Positions 28,969 to 29,144 of a stretch of DNA of 29,144 nucleotides are shown here, piece by piece. The position numbers and the translations under genes were made by a program. Positions within the stretch are counted from its first letter, which is position 1, and each line of letters begins with the position of its first letter. The stretch lies in the IMG/VR virus record IMGVR_UViG_2737471841_000001, positions 1 through 29,144 of that record. One strand, written 5' to 3'. This DNA is from a virus (taxonomy: Duplodnaviria > Heunggongvirae > Uroviricota > Caudoviricetes). A model generated the notes under the pieces. It was not told the origin of the DNA and searched no databases. It worked only from the letters and a program-made list of their open reading frames with translations.

Positions 28969-29129
28969 GGGTAAAAATCCGGTGGGTAAAATTATTTTAT
29001 CCACTTTTTACCCGTCATGGAGTGCGGCTGTCAACGATCTGACGCGAACCATGACGAACCGTGAATATACGGAAGGCTTGATATTCAGGGGATTTTGCGG
29101 ACTGGTACGGATGGTAGCGAACTGATAAA

Positions 29130-29144
29130 TGGTGTCCCCTGCAG
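29130..29144 (-). tRNA. argW: 3' end of a tRNA-Arg gene (argW-type), truncated by the window edge; likely attachment-site core
   Basis: Reverse complement of the last 15 nt is CTGCAGGGGACACCA, the acceptor/T-arm 3' end with CCA as I recall argW; lies ~160 nt upstream of the integrase on the same strand. Confidence 0.55.

Larger units (their letters stand above)
1..29144. mobile_element. Mosaic lambdoid/P22-like temperate phage (prophage right arm), ending at a tRNA-Arg attachment site
   Basis: Contiguous phage gene order: replication, nin, Q, lysis, packaging, head, tail, ejection proteins, tailspike, integrase, tRNA 3' end. Mostly one strand with overlapping start/stop codons. Confidence 0.9.

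Overview
The window reads as the right-hand ~29 kb of a mosaic temperate phage (lambdoid regulatory genes joined to a P22-like virion module), most likely a prophage ending at a tRNA-Arg (argW-type) attachment site. All assignments come from reading the ORF translations, motifs and my memory of the protein families; no database search was run. Gene order on the + strand: a replication module (TOPRIM primase fused to a DnaB-like helicase), a nin-type region (NinB, NinE, NinF, Rha-type antirepressor, YbcO-like, RusA, NinH), a lambda-type Q antiterminator with pR'/qut, a lysis cassette (pinholin-like holin, SAR endolysin, Rz with embedded Rz1), a KilA-N protein, then P22-type terminase, portal, scaffold, coat, gp4, gp10, tail needle, gp14 and ejection proteins gp7/gp20/gp16. 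On the − strand sit an Mnt-like repressor with a downstream lipoprotein, and at the right end an IntS-type integrase next to the 3' end of tRNA-Arg. The most unusual region is gp10: two paralogous free-standing HNH homing-endonuclease genes bracket it, the upstream one leaving a 34-codon duplicate of the gp10 5' end and both sharing a near-identical leader. Other points worth follow-up are the mnt–lipoprotein pair with a 23-bp palindrome directly upstream of the tailspike gene (arc/ant absent), and a LexA-box-preceded, stop-interrupted UmuD'-like remnant beside the integrase. No CRISPR array or complete internal tRNA/rRNA gene was seen.
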